From positions 108,755-172,754 of the forward strand of contig NIVC01000129.1 of assembly GCA_002269645.1 (NCBI GenBank): a DNA stretch of 64,000 nucleotides. Reading direction: 5' to 3'. Positions 27,701 through 40,349 of this stretch are shown here, piece by piece. This DNA is from Macrostomum lignano. Its lineage: Eukaryota. Position 1 is the first letter of the stretch, and each line of letters starts with the position of its first letter. Below the pieces are notes generated by a model that did not search any database, was not told where the DNA came from, and saw only the letters and a program-made list of their open reading frames with translations. A program made the position numbers and the translations under genes.

Positions 27701-30700
27701 GCCGAGTGGTCAAACCAAATTCAAATGTCAAGTAGCAAGCCTACAACACAACGTCTGCGCAAATAGTGCCCCTCTCCACTCACCCGAATTTTCTTTTGCT
27801 AATTAAATAAAAGACCAATTACGCTCGTAGAGATTTGGTGCAATTTGTCTGCCAATAAAACAGTTAAATCCATTCCGCCTTTGAAATTGTGTCTCTATGC
27901 AGTGCTGGCACCTTGAGAACTTGTCCAAATTTCTTTTATGCAACCTCAGATTCTGGAAATCAACAATCGGCGTCTGGTGGCGGTGACGCCGGCGGTTGCT
28001 ACGGAGATTCTGCAGCAGTGCGGCCGAGGGGCCGGTCACGTGACTATCAGACTGGGCCGGCGGGCGGAGGCCAGCGGATTCGATGGTGGCAGCTGCGGCG
28101 AACAGGTTGATGGAGAGGATACGGTACAGCGGCTGCTGAGGGCTGCGACTGCCGCGCCGGGGTCTGGGTGAGTGATGGGGAGTGATTCTGGCTCATAGGG
28201 AGTGATTTTGGATTATGGGGAGTGCTTTTGGCTCATGGGAGTGACTTTGGCTCATGGGGAGTGATTTTGGCTCATGGAGAGTGATTTTGGCTCATGGGAG
28301 TGACTTTGGCTCATGGGAGTGACTTTGGCTCATGGGGAGTGATTTTGGCTCATAGGGAGTGATTTTGGCTCATGGAGAGTGATTCTGGCTCATAGGGAGT
28401 GATTTTGGATTATGGGGAGTGCTTTTGGCTCATGGGAGTGACTTTGGCTCATGGGGAGTGATTTTGGCTCATGAGGAGTGATTTTGGTTCATGGGGAATG
28501 ATTTTGGTTCATGGGGAGTGATTTTGGTTCATTGGGAGTGATTTTGGCTCATGGGGAGTGATTTTGGTTCATGGGGAGTGATTTTGGTTCATGGGGAGTG
28601 ATTTTGGTTCATGGGGAGTGATTTTGGTTCATGGGGAGTGATTTTGGTTCATGGGGAATGATTTTGGCTCATGGAGAGTGATTTTGGTTCATGGGGAATG
28701 ATTTTGGTTCATTGGGAATGATTTTGGTTCATGGGGAGTGATTTTGGTTCATGGGGAATGATTTGGTTCATGGGGAATGATGTTGGTTCATGGGGAATGA
28801 TTTTGGTTCATGGGGAATGATTTTGGTTCATGAGGAGTGATTTTGGTTCATGGGGAATGATTTTGGTTCATGGGGAATGATTTTGGTTCATGAGGAGTGA
28901 TTTTGGTTCATGGGGAATGATTTTGGTTCATGGGGAATGATTTTGGTTCATGGGGAGTGATTTTGGTTCATTGGGAGTGATTTTGGTTCATGAGGAGTGA
29001 TTTTGGTTCATGGGGAATGATTTTGGTTCATGGGGAATGATTTTGGTTCATTGGGAATGATTTTGGTTCATGGGGAGTGATTTTGGTTCATGGGGAATGA
29101 TTTGGTTCATGGGGAATGATTTTGGTTCATGGGGAATGATTTTGGTTCATGGGGAGTGATTTTGGTTCATGGGGAGTGATTTTGGTTCATGGGGAGTGAT
29201 TTTGGTTCATGGGGAATGATTTTGGCTCATGGAGAGTGATTTTGGTTCATGAGGAGTGATTTTGGTTCATGGGGAGTGATTTTGGTTCATTGGGAGTGAT
29301 TTTGGTTCATGAGGAGTGATTTTGGTTCATGGGGAGTGATTTTGGTTCATGAGGAGTGATTTTGGTTCATAGGGAGTGATTTTGGTTCATTGGGAGTGAT
29401 TTTGGTTCATGGGGAGTGATTTTGGTTCATGGGGAGTGATTTTGGTTCATTGGGAATGATTTTGGCTCATGAGGAGTGATTTTGGTTCATGGGGAGTGAT
29501 TTTGGTTCATGAGGAGTGATTTTGGTTCATGGGGAGTGATTTTGGTTCATTGGGAGTGATTTTGGTTCATGAGGAGTGATTTTGGTTCATGGGGAGTGAT
29601 TTTGGTTCATGAGGAGTGATTTTGGTTCATGAGGAGTGATTTTGGTTCATGAGGAGTGATTTTGGTTCATGGGGAGTGATTTTGGTTCATTGGGAGTGAT
29701 TTTGGTTCATGAGGAGTGATTTTGGTTCATTGGGAGTGATTTTGGTTCATTGGGAATGATTTTGGCTCATGAGGAGTGATTTTGGTTCATGGGGAGTGAT
29801 TTTGGTTCATTGGGAGTGATTTTGGTTCATGGGGAGTGATTTTGGTTCATTGGGAGTGATTTTGGTTCATGAGGAGTGATTTTGGTTCATGGGGAATGAT
29901 TTTGGTTCATGGGGAATGATTTTGGTTCATTGGGAATGATTTTGGTTCATGGGGAGTGATTTTGGTTCATGGGGAATGATTTGGTTCATGGGGAATGATT
30001 TTGGTTCATGGGGAATGATTTTGGTTCATGGGGAGTGATTTTGGTTCATGGGGAGTGATTTTGGTTCATAGGGAGTGATTTTGGTTCATGAGGAGTGATT
30101 TTGGTTCATGGGGAGTGATTTTGGTTCATGAGGAGTGATTTTGGTTCATGGGGAGTGATTTTGGTTCATGGGGAGTGATTTTGGTTCATTGGGAGTGATT
30201 TTGGTTCATGGGGAGTGATTTTGGTTCATGGGGAGTGATTTTGGTTCATTGGGAATGATTTTGGCTCATGAGGAGTGATTTTGGTTCATGGGGAGTGATT
30301 TTGGTTCATGAGGAGTGATTTTGGTTCATGGGGAGTGATTTTGGTTCATTGGGAGTGATTTTGGTTCATGGGGAGTGATTTTGGTTCATGGGAGTGATTT
30401 TGGTTCATTGGGAATGATTTTGGCTCATGAGGAGTGATTTTGGTTCATGGGGAGTGATTTTGGTTCATTGGGAGTGATTTTGGTTCATGAGGAGTGATTT
30501 AGGTTCATGGGGAGTGATTTTGGTTCATTGGGAATGATTTTGGTTCATGGGGAGTGATTTTGGTTCATTACTTGACTTGAAAAACATTACTCAAAAAAGT
30601 ACGCATTGGAACATTCACACCCTGTTATCACTGCAGCCAGTCGCTGTCCGATCTGCAGTCGCATTTTGCTTCGACGGGAACGTCGAATCAGTCGATGAAA

Positions 30701-32766
30701 AACGACTTTCCGGATCGACAGTTGCAGCAGCAGCTGCAGCCGAAATGTAAGAGTGCCTTTGGAGACTGGCGCTGGCGCCCAATTTACAGACACAGTTGGC
30801 GCCCGATTTACAGACAGATGGTGCCGATTTACAGACAGATGGTGCCCAATTTACAGACACATTTGGCGCCCAATTTACAGACACAGATGGTGCCCAATTT
30901 ACATACACAGATGGTGCCCAATTTACATACACAGATGGCGCCCAATTTACATACACAGATGGTGCCCGATTTACAGACAGATGGTGCCCAATTTACAGAC
31001 ACAGATGGTGCCCAATTTACATACACAGATGGTGCCCAATTTACATACACAGATGGCGCCCAATTTACATACACAGATGGTGCCCGATTTACAGACAGAT
31101 GGTGCCCAATTTACAGACACATTTGGCGCCCAATTTACAGACACAGATGGTGCCCAATTTACATACACAGATGGCGCCCAATTTACATACACAGATGGTG
31201 CCCAATTTACAGACACAGATGGTGCCCGATTTACAGACAGATGGTGCCCAATTTACAGACACATTTGGCGCCCAATTTACAGACACAGATGGTGCCCAAT
31301 TTACATACACAGATGGTGCCCAATTTACAGACACAGATGGTGCCCAATTTACAGACACAGATGGTGCCCAATTTACAGACACAGATGGTGCCCGATTTAC
31401 AGACAGATGGTGCCCAATTTACAGACACATTTGGCGCCCAATTTACAGACACAGATGGTGCCCAATTTACAGACACATTTGGCGCCCAATTTACAGACAG
31501 ATGGCGCCCAATTTACAGACAGATGGCGCCCAATATACAGACACAGATGGTGCCCAATTTACAGACACAGATGGTGCCCAATTTACAGACACAGATGGTG
31601 CCCGATTTACAGACAGATGGTGCCCAATTTACAGACACAGATGGTGCCCGATTTACAGACAGATGGCGCCCAATTTACAGACAGATGGCGCCCAATTTAC
31701 AGACACAGATGGTGCCCAATTTACAGACACATTTGGCGCCCAATTTACAGACACAGATGGTGCCCAATTTACAGACAGATGGCGCCCAAAATACAGACAC
31801 AGATGGTGCCCAATTTACAGACACAGATGGTGCCCAATTTACAGACACAGATGGTGCCCGATTTACAGACAGATGGTGCCCAAATTACAGAGGCAGATGG
31901 TGCCCAATTTACAGACACAGATGGTGCCCAATTTACAGACACAGATGGTGCCCAATTTACAGACACAGATGGTGCCCAATTTACAGACAGATGGTACCCA
32001 ATTTACAGACACAGATGGTACCCAATTTACAGACACAGATTGTGCCCAATTTACAGACAGATGGCGCCCAATTTACAGACACAGATGCTGCCCAATTTAC
32101 AGAGGCAGATGGTGCCCAATTTACAGACACAGATGGTGCCCAATTTACAGACAGATGGCGCCCAATTTACAGACACAGATGCTGCCCAATTTACAGACAC
32201 AGATGGTACCCAATTTACAGACACAGATGGTGCCTTCGTTTTTAAGCCACAGTTTCAAAAGAGACATGTAAAAGTGCATTTTCTTTAAGTAGAGTTGAAA
32301 AGTAGTATATGCAGCGAAAGTATTCCAGTTAAAACAGGTTAATTTTCCAACACTAGGCCGTGACCAGCAGCCGCCTCATCCGCGCCTCTCAATCGACGCT
32401 CGTCGCCAACTGCTGGAGGCGCACGCCGAGGCGCAGAGCCTTCGCGACCGCCTAGCAACGGAGCGCGGTCGGACCTCACGTTGGGAGCTGGCCGCCCAGA
32501 TGGAGGAGCGCCGCCTATCGGAGGCGCGCGACCGACTGGCGGCCACCCAGGGCGAGTTCGAGCAGACGGAGAAGCTGCTGGCCGAGACGCTGGCCGAGAC
32601 CGACCAGCTGAGACGTCGGGCAGCCGAGCTGGACGCCTGCGCCAACGAGATGCTCGAACGGTTCGGCCAGCAGCCGAGCAACACCGGAAGCATGGTGGCT
32701 TCGAGTCGCGGTAGCAACGTCATTGTAATAACCAAATCCTCGAAGCACCTGTCTGGCAAGGCTTGA
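24701..32766 (+). CDS. PPP1R9: Neurabin/spinophilin-like PDZ plus coiled-coil protein, 5 exons, ~468 aa
   Basis: Exons 24701-25053, 26744-27059, 27950-28167, 30637-30746, 32357-32766; in phase, 1407 nt. N-terminal GRVARIRQMFQ resembles the neurabin actin-binding start. ELERRANRLRQLTIEL precedes a PDZ (GLGVGL...IGVYVKSLTPGG.AERDGRIRLGDQILEIN) as in neurabin. C-terminal coiled coil. Confidence 0.78.
25090..25497. repeat. Diverged ~12-bp purine-rich repeat (GAGATGGAGAGT) in neurabin-like intron 1
   Basis: Seen directly. Confidence 0.85.
26205..26620. repeat. Diverged ~22-bp repeat (ATCCACCGATAATCTCCTTGTA) in neurabin-like intron 1
   Basis: Seen directly. Confidence 0.85.
27097..27638. repeat. 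21/20-bp minisatellite (CTCTGTTGCAATTTAAGCTCC grading into GCGCCCCTGTTGCAAGTGAA) in intron 2
   Basis: Seen directly; the unit changes progressively along the array. Confidence 0.93.
28176..30569. repeat. 2.4-kb 20-bp minisatellite (GGGGAGTGATTTTGGTTCAT) filling intron 3
   Basis: About 120 units starting directly after the donor at 28168. Confidence 0.98.
30770..32235. repeat. 24-bp minisatellite (ACAGATGGTGCCCAATTTACAGAC) filling intron 4
   Basis: Source of the three ~500-aa pseudo-ORFs. Confidence 0.97.
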
Positions 32767-33104
32767 ATTATTAACTAGGTCGTAAATACAGACATCTACA
32801 GCTCGTGGTTTCACATCGTCAAATAGACCTCTCTAGTCAACTCTCGCTATAGCTCACACCCTAACATGTGCGAACGATTTCGATTCAACATAAAAATATT
32901 GGTCACTCTTAGCGGAGCCATAGACTACTTTTTTTAATAGTAGTACACGTAGCTTAAATGCATTTTAAACGATTTTTAACAGTCTTTATTCATAGACAAT
33001 CTGCTAAGAGTCCCGCGTGGAGCTGCATGGTCTCCCATCGCGTCTTCGACAATTGACTGCCACAATCATGGCAACCAGCAATTTGACTGACAAGAGTTAG
33101 AGAT

Positions 33105-33300
33105 CTGACTGCCAGTGACATTTGACTGCTAGTGACATTTGACTGCCAGTGAGATTTGACTGCTAGTGAGTGAGTGAGTGACATTTGACTGCTAGTGAGT
33201 GAGTGAGTGACATTTGAATGCCAGTGAAATTTGACTGCTAGTGAGTGACATTTGACTGCTAGTGACGTTTGACTGCCAGTGATATTTGACTGCTAGTGCC
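33105..33300. repeat. Short repeat (CATTTGACTGCTAGTGA) with GAGT inserts
   Basis: Seen directly. Confidence 0.8.
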
Positions 33301-34275
33301 AATTGGCTCGCGGTTGCAGCCCTTGCTGGATCCGTACCTGCGTCCTGAGCGACACTGCAGATCCTGGCTCTTCACAGAAAGCTGTTGTCAAAATTAACAT
33401 AGGACGGCTTATCGAACTTGTTCGAGAGTCATTCTCTGCGGTGCTTCAAAGAGTTACGCTAGCGCCGTTCCTGTTCGTTCAGGAGCTTAAATGGATGCTG
33501 TAGATTGCTCTTCTCTTTAACGACGATGGCTTTCTGCGTGTCGTACGACATCAAGACTGACATTTGTTGCTCGGAGACGCGGACGCACAGACGACAGCAC
33601 TTCCACGATGTCCTCTACGAATTCCTCTACCTTGATTGTCTGTTTCCCCGACGTCCGCGCGAGATTCTGACGCGTCGCCTGGACGCTGACGGATTCGCTC
33701 GAACAATTTCGAGCACTAAACGCTTACAGCTTATCAACTTTATAAACAGGGGAAACTAGCCTAGATGAGTACCGTAGACTCCTTCGTGGTGCTAGTAACA
33801 GAGGAAAGGATGTTCTTCAACAAATTGTTTAGGAGCGGAGTATTCGCTGAGTCGAAATTATAGCCGAGAGCTGGTGTGACGTACTGGAGATGCGGAGATG
33901 CGTAAAACGTAAAGGTGCCATTTGTCCGGGAACAACAAGACAGCAGCAGAATTTCAAGAGAAATTCTCATTCTCTTGAAATTCTGGAAGACACTGCCATT
34001 GTCATCAAGTTTTTTGAAACGCCGCCATTTTAAACTTGGGTTTTCAAGTTTAAGCAGCTTCTCACAAGAGCAAACCCTCACTTTATTATCTTTATTAAAG
34101 AATGCAAAAAATCGACAAAACACACAGTAGGTTTTCTTGTTCCAAAAAAGACTGAAAAGCAGAAGCCCTTCGGATCGAATCGCGTATTATATTTTATTTA
34201 TTAAATTTCATAATTATACTAGCCAACAATCCAGCAGACTTTACCGCATTAATAACTGTCATTAACCATTCGAGT

Positions 34276-34770
34276 CTACTCGGGCACAGCGTAGCTACCA
34301 TCGTTCACTTTGTCGATGATATCGTGCGGATTCGAACCATCGACCGTGCAGCCAACGGACTGAGCTGTGCCAAGAATCTCTTTAACAGTGCCGGCCATAG
34401 TCTTAGCCATCGATCTCGGCCGCATCGTCTTAGCGATGTCAACAACCTCGTCGAAGGTGATGTTGCCAGTGTGCTTGACGTGTTTGACCTTCTTGCGATC
34501 GCGCGGCGGCTCGTTCAGAGCGCGGATGACCAAGGCGGAAGCCGTGGGCACCACGCTGGCCACCGCCTGACGGTTCTGAATGACCAGCTTCACCGTCACC
34601 TTCAAGCCCTTCCATTCCTTCGTAGCCTTGGCAATGTCTTCGCCGACCTTCTTTGGCGACAGGCCAAGCGGCCCAATTTTTGGCGCCAACGACGCTGTGG
34701 CGCCGACTTCGCCTCCGACGGCGCGCAGATAAACAATGTTGATAGCGGTCGGGTCAATCTTGGGCGGCAT
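34276..34770 (-). CDS. RPL12: 60S ribosomal protein L12 (uL11), 164 aa, intronless CDS
   Basis: MPPKIDP...[38 protein letters not shown]...[14 protein letters not shown]...PRDRKK. AATAAA on the minus strand at 34193-34198. Confidence 0.98.
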   Translation of the reverse strand: MPPKIDPTAINIVYLRAVGGEVGATASLAPKIGPLGLSPKKVGEDIAKATKEWKGLKVTVKLVIQNRQAVASVVPTASALVIRALNEPPRDRKKVKHVKHTGNITFDEVVDIAKTMRPRSMAKTMAGTVKEILGTAQSVGCTVDGSNPHDIIDKVNDGSYAVPE

Positions 34771-34897
34771 GGCTGCGGCTGCTGTCTCTTAGAGGGTCGA
34801 ACCTGCTCAGCTGGAAAGTTTTGAGTTTTCAAAGCAATTAGGGATTAGTGAAAGAATGCTCTAAGAGTTACTTTCTTTTTGAGGGAAGCAAGGAGAT

Positions 34898-36240
34898 AGG
34901 ACAGGTGAGAGATGCAATAGAGACAGGTGAGAGATGCAATACAGACAGGTGAGAGATGCAATACAGACAGGTGTGAGAGATGCAATAGAGACAGTTGAGA
35001 GATGCAATAGAGACGGGTGAGAGATGCAATACAGACAGTTGAGAGATGCAATAGAGACAGTTGAGAGATGCAATACAGACAGTTGAGAGATGCAATAGAG
35101 ACAGTTGAGAGATGCAATAGAGACGGGTGAGAGATGCAATACAGACAGTTGAGAGATGCAATAGAGACAGTTGAGAGATGCAATACAGACAGTTGAGAGA
35201 TGCAATAGAGACAGTTGAGAGATGCAATAGAGACGGGTGAGAGATGCAATACAGACAGTTGAGAGATGCAATAGAGACGGGTGAGAGATGCAATAGAGAC
35301 AGGTGAGAGATGCAATACAGACAGGTGTGAGAGATGCAATACAGACAGGTAAGAAATGCAGTACAGACAGGTGAGAGATGCAATACAGACAGGTAAGAAA
35401 TGCAGTACAGACAGGTGAGAGATGCAATACAGACAGGTGAGAAATGCAGTACAGACAGGTGAGAGATGCAATACAGACAGGTGAGAAATGCAATACAGAC
35501 AGGTGAGAAATGCAGTACAGACAGGTGAGAGATGCAATACAGACAGGTGAGAGATGCAATACAGACAGGTAAGAAATGCAGTACAGACAGGTGAGAAATG
35601 CAGTACAGACAGGTGAGAGATGCAATACAGACAGGTGAGAGATGCAATACAGACAGGTAAGAAATGCAGTACAGACAGGTGAGAAATGCAGTACAGACAG
35701 GTGAGAGATGCAATACAGACAGGCGAGAGATGCAATACAGACAGGTGAGAGATGCAATACAGACAGGTAAGAAATGCAGTACAGACAGGTGAGAAATGCA
35801 GTACAGACAGGTGAGAGATGCAATACAGACAGGTGAGAGATGCAATACAGACAGGTAAGAAATGCAGTACAGACAGGTGAGAAATGCAATACAGACAGGT
35901 GAGAGATGCAATACAGACAGTTGAGAGATGCAATACAGACAGGTGAGAAATGCAATACAGACAGGTGAGAGATGCAATACAGACAGGTGAGAGATGCAAT
36001 AGAGACGGGTGAGAGATGCAATAGAGACGGGTGAGATGCAATACAGACAGGTGAGAGAGAGATGCAATACAGACAGGTGAGAGATGCAATACAGACAGGT
36101 GAGAGATACAATACAGACAGGTGAGAGATGCAATACAGACAGGTGAGAGATGCAATACAGACAGATGTGAGAGATGAGAGAAGATACAGGTGAGAGAAGA
36201 TACAAAAAGAAGACAGGTGAGAGAAGATACAAAAAAGAAG
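34898..36240. repeat. 22-bp minisatellite (GAGATGCAATACAGACAGGTGA) between calumenin and RPL12
   Basis: About 58 units; explains the 416-484 aa pseudo-ORFs. Confidence 0.97.
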
Positions 36241-36674
36241 ACAGTAAGCAATAATAAAAAACAGAGAAACAAAACAATTAAAATTATGCTAAAAAGCAAA
36301 CAGACTAATTATGCAGGCATTTTAATGCATGTGTATGCGCGTTAATACAGTAAATCCACAATGAATAAAGCTTGAAGCAGATTTACCAGAAAATCAAGCA
36401 GCAGAACACGTACCGACAATCATTTTGCAACATTATGGGAGTTGAAAAAAAGAGTATCGAATGAAACCGAAAGCTCCGCTCTTATACCACCAGTAAAGGG
36501 AAATACTAACAGACAAATTGTAAGGCCTTATAAGAGTTGGCGAGCTCAGATATGAATCAACAGTCGAACTATTTAACAAAAATCTGAATAAAATAAATCA
36601 AATGAATTATAAGAAAATTCAAATTGTTCGCTCTTAACTCCGTTTGCAAAATGTCAGAACAAGAACTTGTCTTC

Positions 36675-38663
36675 TCAAAGCTCTTCGTGATTGCGCAACG
36701 CTTCGCCAAAGTCCGTAGCCTGACTGCCGGCAAAGATGTCGTGATGGTCCAGAATCTCTTGTTTTGATAAGCGGCCGTCTTTGTCCAAATCAGCTTGGCT
36801 GAACAGGTGCTTGGTCTCCGCGTCCACCTGCAGTTTGGGGGGGGGGTGAAATTTTAGTAGAGCTGATGGGAGAAAGTCTGTGGGGTGGGGATTAAGGGCG
36901 ATTCTATGGGGGGTTGAGGGCGATTCTATGGCGGATTGAGGACGATTCTATTTGAGATTAAGGGCGATTCTATAGGGGGATTAAGAGCGGATTCTATGAG
37001 GGGATTAAGGGCGATTCTATGGGGGATTAAGGGCGATTCTATGGGGGATTAGGGCGATTCTATGGGGGGATTAAGGGCGATTCTATAGGGGGATTAGGGC
37101 GATTCTATGGCGGATTGAGGACGATTCTATTTGAGATTAGGGGCGATTCTATAGGGGGATTAAGAGCGGATTCTATGAGGGGATTAAGGGCGATTATATG
37201 GGGGATTAAGGGCGATTCTATGGGGGATTAGGGCGATTCTATGGGGGGATTAAGGGCGATTCTATAGGGGGATTAGGGCGATTCTATGGCGGATTGAGGA
37301 CGATTCTATTTGAGATTAAGGGCGATTCTATAGGGGGATTAAGAGCGGATTCTATGAGGGGATTAAGGGCGATTCTATGGGGGATTAAGGGCGATTCTAT
37401 GGGGATTAGGGCGATTCTATGGGGGGATTAAGGGCGATTCTATAGGGGGATTAGGGCGATTCTATGGCGGATTGAGGACGATTCTATTTGAGATTAGGGG
37501 CGATTCTATAGGGGATTAAGAGCGGATTCTATGAGGGGATTAAGGGCGATTATATGGGGGATTAAGGGCGATTCTATGGGGGATTAGGGCGATTCTATGG
37601 GGGGATTAAGGGCGATTCTATAGGGGGATTAGGGCGATTCTATGGCGGATTGAGGACGATTCTATTTGAGATTAAGGGCGATTCTATAGGGGGATTAAGA
37701 GCGGATTCTATGAGGGGATTAAAGGCGATTATATGAGGGATTAAGAGCGGATTCTATGAGGGGATTAAGGGCGATTATATGGGGGGATTAAGGGCGATTC
37801 TATAGGGGGATTAGGGCGATTCTATAGGGGGATTAGGGCGATTCTATAGGGGGATTAGGGCGATTCTATGGGGGATTAAGGGCGATTCTATAGGGGGATT
37901 AGGGCGATTCTATAGGGGGGGGGATTAGGGCGATTCTATGGGGGGATTAAGGGCGGTTCTATGAGGGTCAACGGCGATTCTATGGGGGAATAAGGGCGAT
38001 TCTATGGGGATTAAGGGGATTAAGGATAAATTCAAAACTATATAGTCAAGAAATGCCTTAGTTCAGGCACTAAAACTCACCTGATCATAATTAGTCGGCA
38101 GTATCCAGGCCGATACCTCAGCCAGATCAAGCTTGCCATCCTTATTAGCGTCCCGCTGCGATCGGAACGTGTCCCGCTCCTGCTGGACCCAGTCCGGCTC
38201 CGGCTCCCCGCTGTCCTTGCCCGACCACATGTCGCCGATGTATTCGGCTTCGTCAATCGCGCCGTCGCCGTTACGGTCGAGATCTTCCAGCGATTCCAAG
38301 GCGACAAGTTCGCGCATGTGGGCAGCCTCCTCCGGATGGGCGAAGTCGGTGAACTCGGCCAGGCTCAGCAGGCCGTCGGCGTCTCGGTCGGCGCGTTGCC
38401 AACGGCGACGCTCCCGTTCGATTGTCTTGGTGGTGTGCGGGCCTGGGGATGGGCCGAACACCTTCGTCTGGGGGATGGGAAGGGGGCTGATCATGCTCAT
38501 ATCTGCATGTCTGTGTATTTATAGCCACAGTGGCCTGTCTGTGTCTGTCTGTCTGTCTGTCTGTATGCCTGTCTGTTTGATTTAGTTTCTGTCTGCCTGC
38601 CCGTCTGCCTGTTTGTCCTAGTATCTGTCTGTCTGTCTGTCTCTCTCTGTCTGTCTGCCTGCC

Positions 38664-38702
<39 letters not shown>

Positions 38703-38718
38703 GTTTGTCTGTCTGCCA

Positions 38719-38766
<48 letters not shown>

Positions 38767-39344
38767 TTCTATCTGTCAGTCAGTCAGTCTTTGCCTTAGT
38801 AGTCTGTCTGCACATCTAGCTCTCTGTCTTAGCATATCAGGCATACACATAGTGCCCAGCTGCCCGCAGCCTGTTCTGCACATTGCGTTCATACATGAAT
38901 TACGCCAGTCACCTTATAGGTATCCCAGTCGATCTTGGCGTCCTCCTTGCCGTCGCTATAGTCGTTAAACTGCCTTTTGCTGTTCTCGCGCACATACCGT
39001 TTGGCAATGTAATCAATCCAGCTGTACATCTCCTGCTGCGTCACGAAACCGTCGCCGTCTTTGTCAATCTTGTCAACAATTTTAGCCAAAGCCGCGGTGC
39101 TCTGCTCCGGCGTCATCTGGTCGAATTTCTCCGAGTCCTCGTGGCCGAGAAATGCCTCATGATCAAATTTGTGATCGTCGGCTAGAGGGTCTTCGTTGTG
39201 TGGCAAATCGCTTAGCGGCTTCTCACCCTTGGCTATGCGATCTTTGCTGCTGACATGGAGAGCCGGGTTGCCGTAGCAACTGTTGCTATGGAGCAGTGTT
39301 ACAGCTAGCAGTAGAATTACTGCAGAGCAGATCTTGGAACCCAT
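36675..39344 (-). CDS. CALU: Calumenin/reticulocalbin (CREC family) multi-EF-hand ER protein, 3 exons, ~323 aa
   Basis: Exons 39344-38913, 38467-38081, 36827-36675. Signal peptide, DHEAFLG motif, EF-hands (DKDGDG, DRDADG, DRNGDG, DANKDG, DLDKDG), C-terminal GSQATDFGEALRNHEEL* with an HDEL-like retention signal. Confidence 0.93.
36888..38025. repeat. G-rich ~21-22-bp minisatellite (GGGGGATTAAGGGCGATTCTAT) with 178-179-bp higher-order unit, calumenin intron 2
   Basis: Marker GCGGATTGAGG recurs at 36931, 37110, 37289, 37467, 37645. Confidence 0.95.
38535..38800. repeat. (CTGT)n microsatellite in calumenin intron 1
   Basis: Seen directly. Confidence 0.95.
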
Positions 39345-40052
39345 GCGAGTGCGTGACTGCATGCACAGAGTAAAATCAGAAGATTATAAATCAAATAAAA
39401 TTGGCTCAGCAGCTGAGTGGCCACAAAGCCCTGGTTAGCTCTCATGCAAAGCCACATTATACTGGGGTTTGTGCAAAAAAACTAACTAATTCAGACCTAT
39501 GAGCTGGTTTTCTTAGTGTCACAATTGTAATAGCATTGGTATATTGGGTCCAAATTCAGGATTATTTTATATTAAATGCCAACAGTCTATATTTAAGGTT
39601 TAGTAAGGTATGAAATAGGGATTGGATGATATCACATTTCTGCATCGAGATTTAAGATTAAGCAGTTAAGCCTAATTAGTATATAGTAGGCCTATTTACA
39701 CTATTATATCTATCATTGCTAATTAATATTATTTGTTAAATGTGTACAATGATGATAATAGAAGGAAAAACAAATAATATAAAATATTGAGCTTGTTAGT
39801 AATTTGATGTGTATTTAATATAACACTGACGTACTGACAATATCCTAGTCACCAATAGTCACAGAGTCACAAATCTTAACTTTTGAAATCTTGAAACCAA
39901 GATTGAGATTGAGAAAATTGCCAAGGTCCTGACAATTAAGATCGAGATCTTATTTGATCCCTAGTATGAAAATAGGTCTAATGTAGAATAGCTCTACAAA
40001 ATAATATTTTGCAACTGCCAACTATACAAAAAATATATTTGTGCCTTTTGAT

Positions 40053-40349
40053 CATACATGTGCAACCTCCAAAATTCGGTCAGCCGTGCGACTTAGTTTT
40101 AACAAAAATGCGACGTAGTTTTTGGCCAAAAATGCGACTTACATTTAAAAAAACCCGAAAGCAAAATTAACACAACTTTGGGTAAACGGCAGGAGTAACT
40201 ATGACTGTTTTATTAAGCTAAAATGCCTCGTCAGCTACTTAGTACTACTCTTTAGGTTATTTTTGGGTGGGCATTTTTGCGACTTCCTTGATTGGCCGCC
40301 AAATCGGTCGGCCGGATCGGCCGACTCGGCCGACTGTTGCGCATGTATG
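40053..40349. mobile_element. 297-bp non-autonomous hAT-type element (TIR CATACATGYGCAAC)
   Basis: 14-bp TIRs at both ends; 8-bp target duplication CTTTTGAT at 40045-40052 and 40350-40357. Confidence 0.85.

Noticed and set aside
30695-32288. Three ~500-aa repetitive ORFs (DTDGAQFT etc.)
   Set aside because: All three frames are open because of the 24-bp array; it lies within neurabin-like intron 4.
34845-36299. 416-484 aa Cys/Leu-rich ORFs
   Set aside because: Translations of the 22-bp minisatellite.
39345-39362. Upstream ATG (MQSRTR) as the calumenin start
   Set aside because: It overlaps the acceptor TGCAG; the Met at 39344 directly precedes the signal peptide.
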